Source: an uncultured Nitrospirales bacterium
Lineage (GTDB): Bacteria > Nitrospirota > Nitrospiria > Nitrospirales > NS-4
Assembly: GCA_964384595.1 (NCBI GenBank)
Contig: CAYLLY010000002.1
Span: forward strand, 16,248-80,247
Direction of reading: 5' to 3'
DNA length: 64,000 bases
This document shows, piece after piece, positions 17,340-26,981 of the stretch. The notes beneath the pieces were generated by a model. That model did no database searches. It was not told where the DNA came from and saw nothing but the letters and a program-made list of their open reading frames with translations. A program made the translations under genes and the position numbers. Position 1 is the stretch's first letter; every line of letters starts with the position of its first letter.

Positions 17340-19261
17340 CGCAAGACCTCCGCGCGGGTTGGCGCCTTGAACGACGCGGCCCGGTCATGAAAGGTCTGCT
17401 GCCATAGTTCCAGGCACAGCAGCCCCCAGAGTTTCCGGCCGTACTGCGGCTCCCGCGCGAGGCCTTCCAGCACCTTCCGGTTGTCGACGAGGTCGCGGGT
17501 CCGCGCAGCACGGGAGGACAAGACATCTCTGACGAACTCCTGCACGATCCCCGGCTGTGTCAGCCATTCCTGGAACGGGACCGGGAACCCCATCTTGTCG
17601 GTCCGGTCGGCGATGGACGCCGGGAGCAGCCCCTGCACGGCGTTCTTCAGCACGTGTTTCATCCTCCCGTTCATGAACTTCACGTTGGAGGGAATGGTCG
17701 CCGCCAGTTCGACCAGCGGATGATCCAGGAACGGTACCCGCGACTCCAGGCCGTGGGCCATGCTCACCCGGTCCTCCACCTGAAGCAATGCGGGCAGCAG
17801 GGTTTTGAAATCGAAATGCGTCATGCTGTCGAAATAAGACTCCTTCTGCACGTTCTGGCCGCGGAAGATGGCGCGGAACGTGTCGTACGGGGCGAACTTC
17901 TCGATCGCCGCCCAGTTGATCTCGGGGCCCAGGTCCCTGGCCCGGTTGATCAGGCGGAAATACCGCCGATCCAGGTCCTCGAACAGGCCGTCCCGCCAGA
18001 ATTCCTGGAGCAGCGGCTTGTACCGGCGCAGGGCCTCGAGGTTGGGGATGATCGATTCGTAGGTGACGATGAAATTGCCGTTGTGTATCGTGCCGTCGAT
18101 GGCCGCCTTGATGCACTGTTCAAAATACGCGATGAGATACCGGACATAGCCGCCGAAGACTTCATCACCGCCCTGGCCCCCGAGCACGACCTTCCGGTGG
18201 CGGCTGGCCAGCCGCGCGACCATGTACTGGGGAAAGGACCCGGGCCCCGCCGTCGGAAAATCCAAGTGGTAGACAACCTGCTGGATCTGCTCGACGAAAT
18301 CGGACGCGGTGATGTCCGTCTCGTACAGCTCGAACCGGCGCCATCGGGCGAAGTCGCGCGCGTAGCGGCTCTCATCGTACTCGTCGCCCATCGCGAACCT
18401 GCCGCTGAAGCCCAGCAACCCATCCCCCAGCCGTTCGGCCGCCGAGGACGCCACCACGCTCGAATCCAGTCCGCCGCTCACGTACGCGCCTACCGGCACA
18501 TCGCTCCGCAGATGGAGCGCGACCGAGTCTTCCAGCAGGGCCCGAATCCGCTCTTCGAAGTATTTGGCGGTGTGGTCGAAGTCGAGGGTGTAGTAGACCT
18601 CCCAGTAGCGGCGGGTCTCAATGGCGCCGTTGCGCACGATGAGCGCATGGCCCGGCGGCAGTTCGCGGACCCCCTTGAACAACGTCCGGCCGGGCAGGCA
18701 GAACTGAAAGGTCAGATACTCCTTGAACCCTTCGAGATCGGTTTCGATATCGGGCACAAAGGGGAGGAGCGCCTTGACCTCGGACGCGAAATAGAGCGCG
18801 CCGTCCACGACCGTATAGTAGAAGGGCTTGATCCCGAAACGGTCCCTCGCGCAAAAGAGGGTCTGTTGCGCCTCATCCCACAGCGCAAAGGCGAACATGC
18901 CCCGGAAATGACTGACGCACTCTTGGCCCCACTTGCGGTAGGCATGCAGAATCACTTCGGTGTCGGACTGCGTCGCGAACGCCCCGGGGCCGAGCTCGTC
19001 CCGCAGCTCGCGGTAGTTATAAATCTCCCCATTGTAGGTCACCCAATTGCCCTGTCTGTCGGTCATCGGCTGCTGCCCTGTCACGAGATCGATGATGCTG
19101 AGCCGGCGATGCGCGAAGCCGACCACCCCGCGCGGGTGCTGCCAGACGCCCTCGCCGTCCGGGCCGCGATGCCGCTGCAGCGTGTTCATGACCGCCAGAC
19201 CTCGTTGCAGGTCCGCGATCTTGTCACCACTCGGGCTCAGAATGCCTGCGATTCCGCACAT
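17336..19261 (-). CDS. AsnB-type glutamine-hydrolysing amidotransferase, paralog 3
   Basis: Track ORF trimmed to ATG 19261. MCGIAGILS, HRGPDGEG, YNGEIYNY, SDTEV, YVSGGLDSS. Confidence 0.9.
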   Translation of the reverse strand: MCGIAGILSPSGDKIADLQRGLAVMNTLQRHRGPDGEGVWQHPRGVVGFAHRRLSIIDLVTGQQPMTDRQGNWVTYNGEIYNYRELRDELGPGAFATQSDTEVILHAYRKWGQECVSHFRGMFAFALWDEAQQTLFCARDRFGIKPFYYTVVDGALYFASEVKALLPFVPDIETDLEGFKEYLTFQFCLPGRTLFKGVRELPPGHALIVRNGAIETRRYWEVYYTLDFDHTAKYFEERIRALLEDSVALHLRSDVPVGAYVSGGLDSSVVASSAAERLGDGLLGFSGRFAMGDEYDESRYARDFARWRRFELYETDITASDFVEQIQQVVYHLDFPTAGPGSFPQYMVARLASRHRKVVLGGQGGDEVFGGYVRYLIAYFEQCIKAAIDGTIHNGNFIVTYESIIPNLEALRRYKPLLQEFWRDGLFEDLDRRYFRLINRARDLGPEINWAAIEKFAPYDTFRAIFRGQNVQKESYFDSMTHFDFKTLLPALLQVEDRVSMAHGLESRVPFLDHPLVELAATIPSNVKFMNGRMKHVLKNAVQGLLPASIADRTDKMGFPVPFQEWLTQPGIVQEFVRDVLSSRAARTRDLVDNRKVLEGLAREPQYGRKLWGLLCLELWQQTFHDRAASFKAPTRAEVLR

Positions 19262-21663
19262 GAACGATTCTTCCGGTTTTGCCCCACCGCCTCTCGGACC
19301 TGGTTCAGCAACGTATGCTCCTCTGCCTCCCACGTGTAGCGATGCTTCATCGCCCGACGCTGCTCCTTGGTCCCGGCGGCATCGGGATCGACTAGCAGCC
19401 GCCGGACAGCCGACACAATGGAACTCGGTTCCTGCGGGTCAACACAGATACCGGCGCCCTGCGCCTGCATGAGCGCAGCTATTTCCGGAAGGTTCGGATA
19501 GAGAATGGGAAGTTCCGCGGCAAGACTTTGAAACAGTTTATTGGGCAACGCGGCTGAATAATTTATCGAACGGGGATAATAGCTGATGAGGGAAGCATCT
19601 GCTCCCCGCACAGCCGGCACAAGTTGGTCAGGCGGAAGAAAACCCGCGAGATGGACCCGTTCGGCCAGTCCGAGTTCCCGGATGGCATCACAATACACAC
19701 TATACCCATCGCCGACGAGCGCCAGATGCACGGACTGCGGCAGTTTCACTAACGCCTCGAGCGCCCCAGGAATGTTCTGGCCATTCTTGTGGTTGCCGAT
19801 GACGACGAGCAAGAACGTGTCGTTGTGCAGTCCCAGGCGGTGGCGCAGACCTTGCCCGACTGCTCTGTCCAGACGAGCATCATGACAATTGCGAAGGACC
19901 ACGGGCTTGGCCCTAAATTCTCGGTGCAAGAGGTTTGCGACTCCGTCACTGACCGTGAAGACGCTCGCCGCACGCGCGATGCAAGCCCGCTCCAATCGCA
20001 ATTGGAACGGCTTGATGTACCGCCGCGTAAACTCGGACCGTTCCGCCTCGGTTTCCATGCCTGAATAGAAATCATGGGCGTCATAGATGACGGGCACCCG
20101 GCCCCATCGTGACGCCAACCACACGGCAGGAAACGAGCTGAATTCATGCATGTAGAACAGCGACGCCGACGGCAACCGGACGTACAGCCGCCAGACATAA
20201 CGATACGCAAAGACCAGCAGCCACACCGGAAAGTAGAGCCGTTGAACAAGGCCATTGCGAGCAAGCCAGCCCCAACAGATCCGACCCCCACGAGGCGCGT
20301 CCTGCTTGGAACCTCCAACGGGACCGGAGGAAAAGTCTAACGGCGGTTCTGGAGAGAGCTCCCACCGCCTGCAATCCGCGAGAACAATCGAGCGATACCC
20401 ATGACGCGCCAGCGTCATCGCCTGCTTGAGCGTCCGACTGTCCCGGCCGAGAGGCAGGGGGGTCACGGAAACGACTGTCACAGGCCTTGACTGCTCAGAG
20501 CGTGACACGGGTCGGCGCTTGCTCTCCCAGATGGCTTGGTAGTCCTCGGCCACTTCGTGGGCGATACGAGCCGGATTGTGCCACGTTTCGACGTAGGCCC
20601 GACCGCGTCGGCCCAACTCGGGGAGTTCGGCTCGGCGTGTCGTCAGCAGGGCTTTGAGCGTGTCATAGATCGTCTCCGGAGTCGCGTTGACGACGGGAAG
20701 GGCCCGCCTCATCGCCTCGGGGACAAAGGTCAGATCTTCCTCACGGACATAGCACACAACCGGTTTCTGGAGGGCCATACATTCGACCGCGACACCGCCG
20801 TACCACCCGACCAACAACTGATCCACCAAAAGATCGGCCCGTTCGTATGTTTTCCTGGCTTCCTCCTGCGTCATGTTCTCGACCAGGACGAATTCACACG
20901 GGATCGCCTCGCGACGGAGACGTTCGACGGCCTGCACAATGAAGTGCGTGCCTTTGGCCTGTCGATGAGTGGGCGCGTGCACGATGACCGGAACAGGGTT
21001 GCCCGGGACAGGCCGAGGAACCCAATCCCCCGGATCAATATTGGCATAGGGCAGGAACCGTGCGTTCCGGGGTAGGACATGCAACAGGTCCGGATTGAGC
21101 GCATATATCCGGTCCGCGTACTGCGCCACCTGCGCGATAGCCCGACGTTTCCACTCGTCCGTCACGGCCGAGTAATAGTCCGCTCCCACGACGTTGGCCG
21201 CCGTAATGGCAAACCGGCGCCGGCACTCGTCCCCTTGCCGCGCATCATCACCCTGGTAGGTCATGACGATGCCCTTGCCCAGCCGTTTGAGCAGCGGCAG
21301 ATCAGCCATCCAGCAGGAGGACCAATAGCGCTCCAACAAGCGGCCACGCCACGAGCCCGATCGGGTGCGACTCCGGTCCGGATAGGCCTGCCCCATCAGG
21401 ATGGATTGGCCGAAATTGAAGTGGATGATGTCGTACTCGCGCACGGCGCGCCAAAGCAGACGCCAGCGATAGACTTCCTGCATGAGAGAAGACACGCCCG
21501 GGGGAAAAAGCGTTTCGTCCGCCTGGAATTGATAGCGACTGCCGGTCAACTGGACCGAATGACTGCGCAAGCCCACGCCCCGTTCCGCCCGCGCGAGGCT
21601 GGCAGGATTCCCGGCCACATTCCACGGGCAATGGAGGACGCGGGGGGGCCGCTTCATCTGCAC
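19237..21663 (-). CDS. Fused two-module glycosyltransferase (N-terminal GT-B-like module + C-terminal GT4 module)
   Basis: 808 aa; GTG 21663 or ATG 21657. The N-terminal half (..IVHAPTHRQAKGTHF..LLVGWYGGVAVECMALQKPVV) is paralogous to the 24823..26022 product. The C-terminal half has GNHKNGQN..SYYPRSINYSAALPNKLFQSLAAELPIL. Confidence 0.75.
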   Translation of the reverse strand: MQMKRPPRVLHCPWNVAGNPASLARAERGVGLRSHSVQLTGSRYQFQADETLFPPGVSSLMQEVYRWRLLWRAVREYDIIHFNFGQSILMGQAYPDRSRTRSGSWRGRLLERYWSSCWMADLPLLKRLGKGIVMTYQGDDARQGDECRRRFAITAANVVGADYYSAVTDEWKRRAIAQVAQYADRIYALNPDLLHVLPRNARFLPYANIDPGDWVPRPVPGNPVPVIVHAPTHRQAKGTHFIVQAVERLRREAIPCEFVLVENMTQEEARKTYERADLLVDQLLVGWYGGVAVECMALQKPVVCYVREEDLTFVPEAMRRALPVVNATPETIYDTLKALLTTRRAELPELGRRGRAYVETWHNPARIAHEVAEDYQAIWESKRRPVSRSEQSRPVTVVSVTPLPLGRDSRTLKQAMTLARHGYRSIVLADCRRWELSPEPPLDFSSGPVGGSKQDAPRGGRICWGWLARNGLVQRLYFPVWLLVFAYRYVWRLYVRLPSASLFYMHEFSSFPAVWLASRWGRVPVIYDAHDFYSGMETEAERSEFTRRYIKPFQLRLERACIARAASVFTVSDGVANLLHREFRAKPVVLRNCHDARLDRAVGQGLRHRLGLHNDTFLLVVIGNHKNGQNIPGALEALVKLPQSVHLALVGDGYSVYCDAIRELGLAERVHLAGFLPPDQLVPAVRGADASLISYYPRSINYSAALPNKLFQSLAAELPILYPNLPEIAALMQAQGAGICVDPQEPSSIVSAVRRLLVDPDAAGTKEQRRAMKHRYTWEAEEHTLLNQVREAVGQNRKNRSCAESQAF

Positions 21664-21665
21664 CT

Positions 21666-22562
21666 CTATCTCCGATCAGTCGGTTTCTGGCAGATTTCAG
21701 CGATGGCGTCGGCAAATCGGACTTTCGGGACACCCAGTTCACGCGCCATAAGCGTCACATCCGCTACCAGATGCGGCGGAGGATCCGGCAGGTCCAGCAC
21801 CTGGAAGACCGGCGGGCGGTTCAGCGCCCGGCCGATCTCGCACGCGAGGTCGCGCATGGATACGATCTCCAGCCCGGCCACGTTCGCCACCAACGGCCGG
21901 CTCCGGTCCAGCGCCTGGAGAATCACCCCCACCATATCGCTGACGTGAAGCGGATTGATCCGAATGCCCTGTTCTCCGTGCAAGGTCACGGCCTGCCCGG
22001 TTGCGATCCGGGCGATCAGGCGCGGAATCAGCATGGCGGGATGTTGGCCGGCCCCATAGATGAAGAACGGGCGCAGAATGACCGGGGTAAACAGGGCCGC
22101 ATAATTCGCAAGGAGCAACTCTCCGACATATTTGGTTGTGAAATAATGGCGCAGCTCCCCGATCGGACGAAAGGGATCGGTTTCCTTGAACGGCTCCGGC
22201 CCGTTCCCGTAAATCCCGCCGGAGGACACATAGACGAACACCCGGGCCCCCGCCCGGCGCGCATAGTCCAGTAGACCCTGTACTCCCAGACAGTTGACCT
22301 CGAACAGGCTGACTGCGCTGGCGGGAAAATCCCGAAACCCCGGCGATTGCGCCAGATGGACGATCGCCTCGACCTCACGCGGCATATCCGGCGGCCATTC
22401 AGATGACCGCAAGTCATGCTTCACCCAACGAACGGGCCCCTGTGACTCCCGCTGATGAAACGCCCGCCTGGTCAGACCCCAGACTTCATGATTGGCCACG
22501 AGCGCGCGGCAGAGCACTTGTCCGACCAATCCTGTCGCGCCGGTCACGAGGACTCGCCTCAC
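21666..22562 (-). CDS. NAD-dependent sugar epimerase/reductase (SDR)
   Basis: 298 aa. (M)RRVLVTGATGLVGQ, catalytic-type YFTTK. Confidence 0.8.
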   Translation of the reverse strand: MRRVLVTGATGLVGQVLCRALVANHEVWGLTRRAFHQRESQGPVRWVKHDLRSSEWPPDMPREVEAIVHLAQSPGFRDFPASAVSLFEVNCLGVQGLLDYARRAGARVFVYVSSGGIYGNGPEPFKETDPFRPIGELRHYFTTKYVGELLLANYAALFTPVILRPFFIYGAGQHPAMLIPRLIARIATGQAVTLHGEQGIRINPLHVSDMVGVILQALDRSRPLVANVAGLEIVSMRDLACEIGRALNRPPVFQVLDLPDPPPHLVADVTLMARELGVPKVRFADAIAEICQKPTDRR

Positions 22563-22587
22563 ACCGACTCCCCGCGTGACATTGGGG

Positions 22588-23589
22588 TTAAAACTCCTTC
22601 ACCCCGAGGATCTGAAATGCCCAGCTTGCACCGCGATCCGCTCCGGATTTTGCCTCAGCGTGCAGACACTGCCGAATGCATCCGCGGAGACGATGTACGA
22701 TGCCCCGCAGACCGGTCGGAGGGGCCGGCAGCACCTGGTTGGCGCGTATGCCGTAGCCGGCCAGCGTAAGCTCCACTTGCTGAGGATGGAAGCCCCGCTC
22801 TATGAGGACCCCGCTCGCTCGAGGGTTCGTGGGACAGAGGCCTGGGCGAAATGGGCGCTCGACCAGGCGTCCGCTTCGCACGTACTCGTCGACCGTCGCG
22901 AAAAAGAACGCACCGAACAGACCGAACGTATGGCGCGCCAGATACTCGACCTTCTCGGCCGGCAACTGGGGATATCGCGCGCGGATCAAGTCCCGCCGCG
23001 ATTCCCAAAAGGCTGGATCGACCACATCCCGTCCCGTATGCCGTCCGGCCGGGCCGTTCTCCCACGCGTCATACACGTTGAGGAGATCACGGCGACACTC
23101 CTCGTTGGCGATGTTGTTGCCGTCGGAGATCAGCAGATACCCGCCCGGCTTGAGGATGCGAGCGACTTCGGAATACAGGTTGTCGAGATACATCGGGTTG
23201 ACGTGGCTGATGACCTCGTTGAGCATGACGAATCCCACCGACGCCGGAGGAATCGGCAAATAGCCTTGGTCCGACTTTTCAAACTCCAGGGTGGGATAGA
23301 GCTTGCCGAGAATACGGCGGCCGGCCTCCAGGTACTCATCCTCCACGTCCACGCCGATCGCCCGACTTGCACCCCTGATGAGAAACAGAGGCAAGACATG
23401 GCCGTACTTGCAGCCGACATCCACCGCTGCTTGGCCCGACAACGAAACAGGAACCAGCGAGAGCAGCCAGTCGTAGCTTTTCCAGATCGCGTCTTTCGAG
23501 AACTGGCGCGACAAGGTGATACACGGGTCCGGCGCGGCCGAGGTTTCACACTCCGCCAACAACCGATCGTATTCAGCCTGGATGTCCAT
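22588..23589 (-). CDS. Class I SAM-dependent methyltransferase
   Basis: Track ORF trimmed to ATG 23589 (MDIQAEY). AVDVGCKYG motif I, LNEVISHV, ILKPGGYLLISD. Confidence 0.8.
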   Translation of the reverse strand: MDIQAEYDRLLAECETSAAPDPCITLSRQFSKDAIWKSYDWLLSLVPVSLSGQAAVDVGCKYGHVLPLFLIRGASRAIGVDVEDEYLEAGRRILGKLYPTLEFEKSDQGYLPIPPASVGFVMLNEVISHVNPMYLDNLYSEVARILKPGGYLLISDGNNIANEECRRDLLNVYDAWENGPAGRHTGRDVVDPAFWESRRDLIRARYPQLPAEKVEYLARHTFGLFGAFFFATVDEYVRSGRLVERPFRPGLCPTNPRASGVLIERGFHPQQVELTLAGYGIRANQVLPAPPTGLRGIVHRLRGCIRQCLHAEAKSGADRGASWAFQILGVKEF

Positions 23590-24826
23590 TCGAAACGAGC
23601 TGCTGCAAGAGCATGTCGAGTTGGGCGACGCAATCCGGCAACGCATGACGGCGCCGGACATACTCGCGCAGGTTGGCGCCGCACTTCGACGCCATGCCGG
23701 GATCGGCGCGGAATCGCCGGGCGGTTTCCGCAAGCCGCTGTATGTCGCCGCCGGCAACCACTCCCGCTTGATGGCGCGCGAGGATCAGGTCGGGATCGAC
23801 CTCGAGCGACAAAACGGGAATTCCATATTTGCCGGCTTCCAGGAAGGTATTGGGGAACCCTTCGCATCGCGACGTGTTGATCAGCGCGAACGCATCGGCA
23901 TAGAGCCTGCCGATCTCTTCCGGGACAACCTGTTCGACGATCTGGAGATTGGCCGGACGCCGGGCCATGACCTGTTCAAACACGGCCGGGTTGGCTCGAT
24001 TCAGGACCATCACGAACGGCACCTCGGGACACAGTCGTGCCAGCTCGACCATCAGTTCTGGACGCTTGACCGTATCTGATTTTCCCGCCCAGAGTCCTAT
24101 CCGGCGAACTTGCGCGGCGCTGGAGTCCTGGGCGCTCTCAAGATCGATTGGGTTGGGAATGACAATGCCCCGGCGACCGAACCGCTCGGCAAGCAAGCGG
24201 ACCTGCGTGTTCGTCTGCACCACGACGACGTGGGCGCGTACGACGGCGTCATAGCACCAGGCGCATCGGCTGCCCCAGACGTTGGTGTCCTGTGAATCGG
24301 GACGATAGTCCGCCGAAAAATCCTGATCGCTCCCCGCGAACAGCACCAGCGGCCGATCCACCGAGCGGCACCAGTTTGCCAGTTTCGACGTGTAATCCGA
24401 GGCGCCAAAGGTGCAATACACGTCCGCGTCGGCAATCCTCCACGCCTCCGATTCACTCGGTCCGAGCAGTGTCGTGATCGGCCGGCGAAACCAGTCTCTG
24501 ATCGCCTGCGCGACTCCGTCGAAGCAGGACGATTCTTGTGGTTTGCGTTCGCGCAGGCGATGGAAATCATCCCGATACACTGTCAGGACGTCATAGCGTT
24601 CGACCTTCGGCTGACCATAGTCATAGGCCACGGCCGATACGGCGTATCCATTCAGCCCGGCCAGCCTCCTTGCAAAGGTCAACGCACGGATCTCCGACCC
24701 GCCGATCCCTCCAGGGATAGACCGATTGAGCAACGGATAAAATCCGGGAACCGCAAAGCACACCTTGAGGGACCGCCGGCGCGGCTCGTTCCCACTGCGC
24801 AAGGCTCCATCAGCAGTCACGATCAT
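23573..24826 (-). CDS. GT4-family (GT-B) glycosyltransferase
   Basis: Track ORF trimmed to ATG 24826 (ATGA overlap with the stop at 24823). GGIGGSEIR; C-terminal INTSRCEGFPNTFLEAGKYGIPVLS. Confidence 0.8.
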   Translation of the reverse strand: MIVTADGALRSGNEPRRRSLKVCFAVPGFYPLLNRSIPGGIGGSEIRALTFARRLAGLNGYAVSAVAYDYGQPKVERYDVLTVYRDDFHRLRERKPQESSCFDGVAQAIRDWFRRPITTLLGPSESEAWRIADADVYCTFGASDYTSKLANWCRSVDRPLVLFAGSDQDFSADYRPDSQDTNVWGSRCAWCYDAVVRAHVVVVQTNTQVRLLAERFGRRGIVIPNPIDLESAQDSSAAQVRRIGLWAGKSDTVKRPELMVELARLCPEVPFVMVLNRANPAVFEQVMARRPANLQIVEQVVPEEIGRLYADAFALINTSRCEGFPNTFLEAGKYGIPVLSLEVDPDLILARHQAGVVAGGDIQRLAETARRFRADPGMASKCGANLREYVRRRHALPDCVAQLDMLLQQLVSNGHPG

Positions 24827-26022
24827 CCGCGGGCGGGCGCGAATTGCTGATAGATCCCGATCAGGTGCTTCGCCAACCGGTCGTTGTCGTGCAAGGCCAG
24901 GATGGACCGTCTCGCCTTGACCCGCTTCTCGGCGAGTTTCTCGGGGTGCTGGAGGTAGCATTCGATGGTGGTCTCCAGCGTGGGCAGCGTGGCAAAGATG
25001 AACCCGGAATTTCGCAATTCGTCTGTCATAAACTCGTCCCGAACGTACGTAATAGTGGGCACACCCATTGCCATCGCTTCAATTTGAAAGTTGGCATAAT
25101 AGCCCATTTTCATCTTGCCGATAGCGAGGTCAGCATCGCGAAGGGCATCGATGACCTTATTATGTGCAACCATATGAAGAAACTCATACTGCAGCGGCCA
25201 GCCTCGTTCCTGTAAACGTCGTATCGTCGCCTCGATTTGCGCCGATCCTTCGATACCAGGATGGACGGTCGCATGGACGATTTTGAAGACCGGCTTAGCC
25301 GGCCAGTGTGGCGAGGACGGACCGCTGGGCTCAGGCAAGTCAGGCGGGGCGAAAAATGGAAAATGGATGCCGTCAGGAACAAAGTCCCGCATATCTGGTG
25401 TACTCACTAACGTAATAGCCCCATATTTTTTCGCCATGCGCCGACGCGCATTGTTCACCGGGCTTTGGCAGATTGAGGCATTGTAATCACATTGTTCGCA
25501 AATGTTCATCAGCGGGTGAAGCCGCATGTTGAAATCCCGGTCTCGAATTTCGCATCCCGCCCAATACACGACCAGCGCCCGGTTCATACGTTTCAGGAAT
25601 GGCAGCTCCCACTGCGTTCTCGTATGCGTGATCATGAAATGCGCATGCACCACTTCGTACCGGGCGACAATGGTCCAGAAAGTCCAAAACTCTGTGAGGG
25701 CCGCAAGAAACGGCAAGCCCTGGGGTTGAAACTGATAATCGCATTTATCCCAATATGGGCTACTGCCGACGGCCAGGAACGCCGCATCGACGCCATGCCG
25801 GCGCAGGATGCGCACCCAGTTATACGGAACATGGTTCATGTAGTTGACATGCAGCACCGATCGCGGACGCACCCGATAACGGAGCACCACCGCCAGCAGG
25901 ACATTCACGGGATACAGTAACGCGATCGCGAGCTCGTAGTTCAACCGCCATACTGGTCGGAGGGCTACTTTAATTGGGTATAGGGGGAGTCTCAAAAAAC
26001 GCTGCATGTTCAGCCAGATCAT
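24823..26022 (-). CDS. GT-B-like glycosyltransferase (paralog of the N-terminal module of 19237..21663)
   Basis: 399 aa. IVHATVHPGIEGS..MGYYANFQIEAMAMGVPTITYV aligns by eye with the fused GT. First gene of the lower-GC block. Confidence 0.6.
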   Translation of the reverse strand: MIWLNMQRFLRLPLYPIKVALRPVWRLNYELAIALLYPVNVLLAVVLRYRVRPRSVLHVNYMNHVPYNWVRILRRHGVDAAFLAVGSSPYWDKCDYQFQPQGLPFLAALTEFWTFWTIVARYEVVHAHFMITHTRTQWELPFLKRMNRALVVYWAGCEIRDRDFNMRLHPLMNICEQCDYNASICQSPVNNARRRMAKKYGAITLVSTPDMRDFVPDGIHFPFFAPPDLPEPSGPSSPHWPAKPVFKIVHATVHPGIEGSAQIEATIRRLQERGWPLQYEFLHMVAHNKVIDALRDADLAIGKMKMGYYANFQIEAMAMGVPTITYVRDEFMTDELRNSGFIFATLPTLETTIECYLQHPEKLAEKRVKARRSILALHDNDRLAKHLIGIYQQFAPARG

Positions 26023-26052
26023 CCGCGCCAGTGCCTCGATCGTAATTTCACA

Positions 26053-26961
26053 TCACGTTCGTATGCGCATTGAAGCGAGCATAGGAGACAAGGTAAAGGT
26101 CCTAAAACGCCTAAGCCTCAGGACGATCCTCATTAGCGGATCGGCAAAGGAAACGAACCACTCCCATAAGCGGGGGGACGCTTTCTGGAAACCAGCGACG
26201 ATTTGACTCCCGTCATCGTGCCAGAAGACGCGCCTGAAACCATGGCGTCTTCTGAGGGAAAACAGAAAGTCTGGCATGACGGTCAGGAGCCACGGTCTGT
26301 TTCTCTTATCGGCCAAATAGGTTACTGAAACGACGAATATGCCCCCCGGCTTCAAAGCCTTGCTTAATGTCTTGACTGTGGCCTCGCAATCCACAATTAG
26401 CTCGAACACAGCAAATGCAGTTATGAGATCAAAATAATTGCTCGGAATAACCTCGTCGGAAAGAGAAATAGTATTTATTTTCAGACCGCGTTTCTGGGCC
26501 CGCCATTTTGCGAACTCCAAAAGACTGGCTGAGATTTCTGCTAACCAGACTTCACTCGCCCCATTCTTTGCGAACAAAATGACGGTATTCCCTATGGCGC
26601 CGCCGAAATCCAGGACAGTTTTACAGTTGAACCGCTGCATCAGGCCAAGCGCTTTGATCCTATGTTCAGCCAACAGTGCCTTGGCGCATGACTGCAGGTT
26701 GATCTCCACAAACAAAGGACTTGTACCGAACTGAGCTATCACGTCCTCTTGATTTCTGCGCCGCTGTCCGGCAATCCATTCAGCTAGGAGTTTTTCGTTA
26801 TAGGAAGGATCAAAGATCAGGCTACGTGCCGTCGAAGGATCGGCGCCGAAATACTCTGAATATTCATATACGACTGACTCGGCCACAGTTGGCAGTGAGT
26901 CTAGCTTTAAGGATTCCTCCCATAGCATCCTGGCGTCCTCTTTAAGATCCTGTTCGATCAC
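26053..26961 (-). CDS. Class I SAM-dependent methyltransferase
   Basis: 302 aa with GTG start. VLDFGGAIGN motif I, FAVFELIVD, ALKPGGIFVVS. Confidence 0.8.
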   Translation of the reverse strand: MIEQDLKEDARMLWEESLKLDSLPTVAESVVYEYSEYFGADPSTARSLIFDPSYNEKLLAEWIAGQRRRNQEDVIAQFGTSPLFVEINLQSCAKALLAEHRIKALGLMQRFNCKTVLDFGGAIGNTVILFAKNGASEVWLAEISASLLEFAKWRAQKRGLKINTISLSDEVIPSNYFDLITAFAVFELIVDCEATVKTLSKALKPGGIFVVSVTYLADKRNRPWLLTVMPDFLFSLRRRHGFRRVFWHDDGSQIVAGFQKASPRLWEWFVSFADPLMRIVLRLRRFRTFTLSPMLASMRIRT

Positions 26962-26981
26962 AGACGGCTACCTCGCAACCA

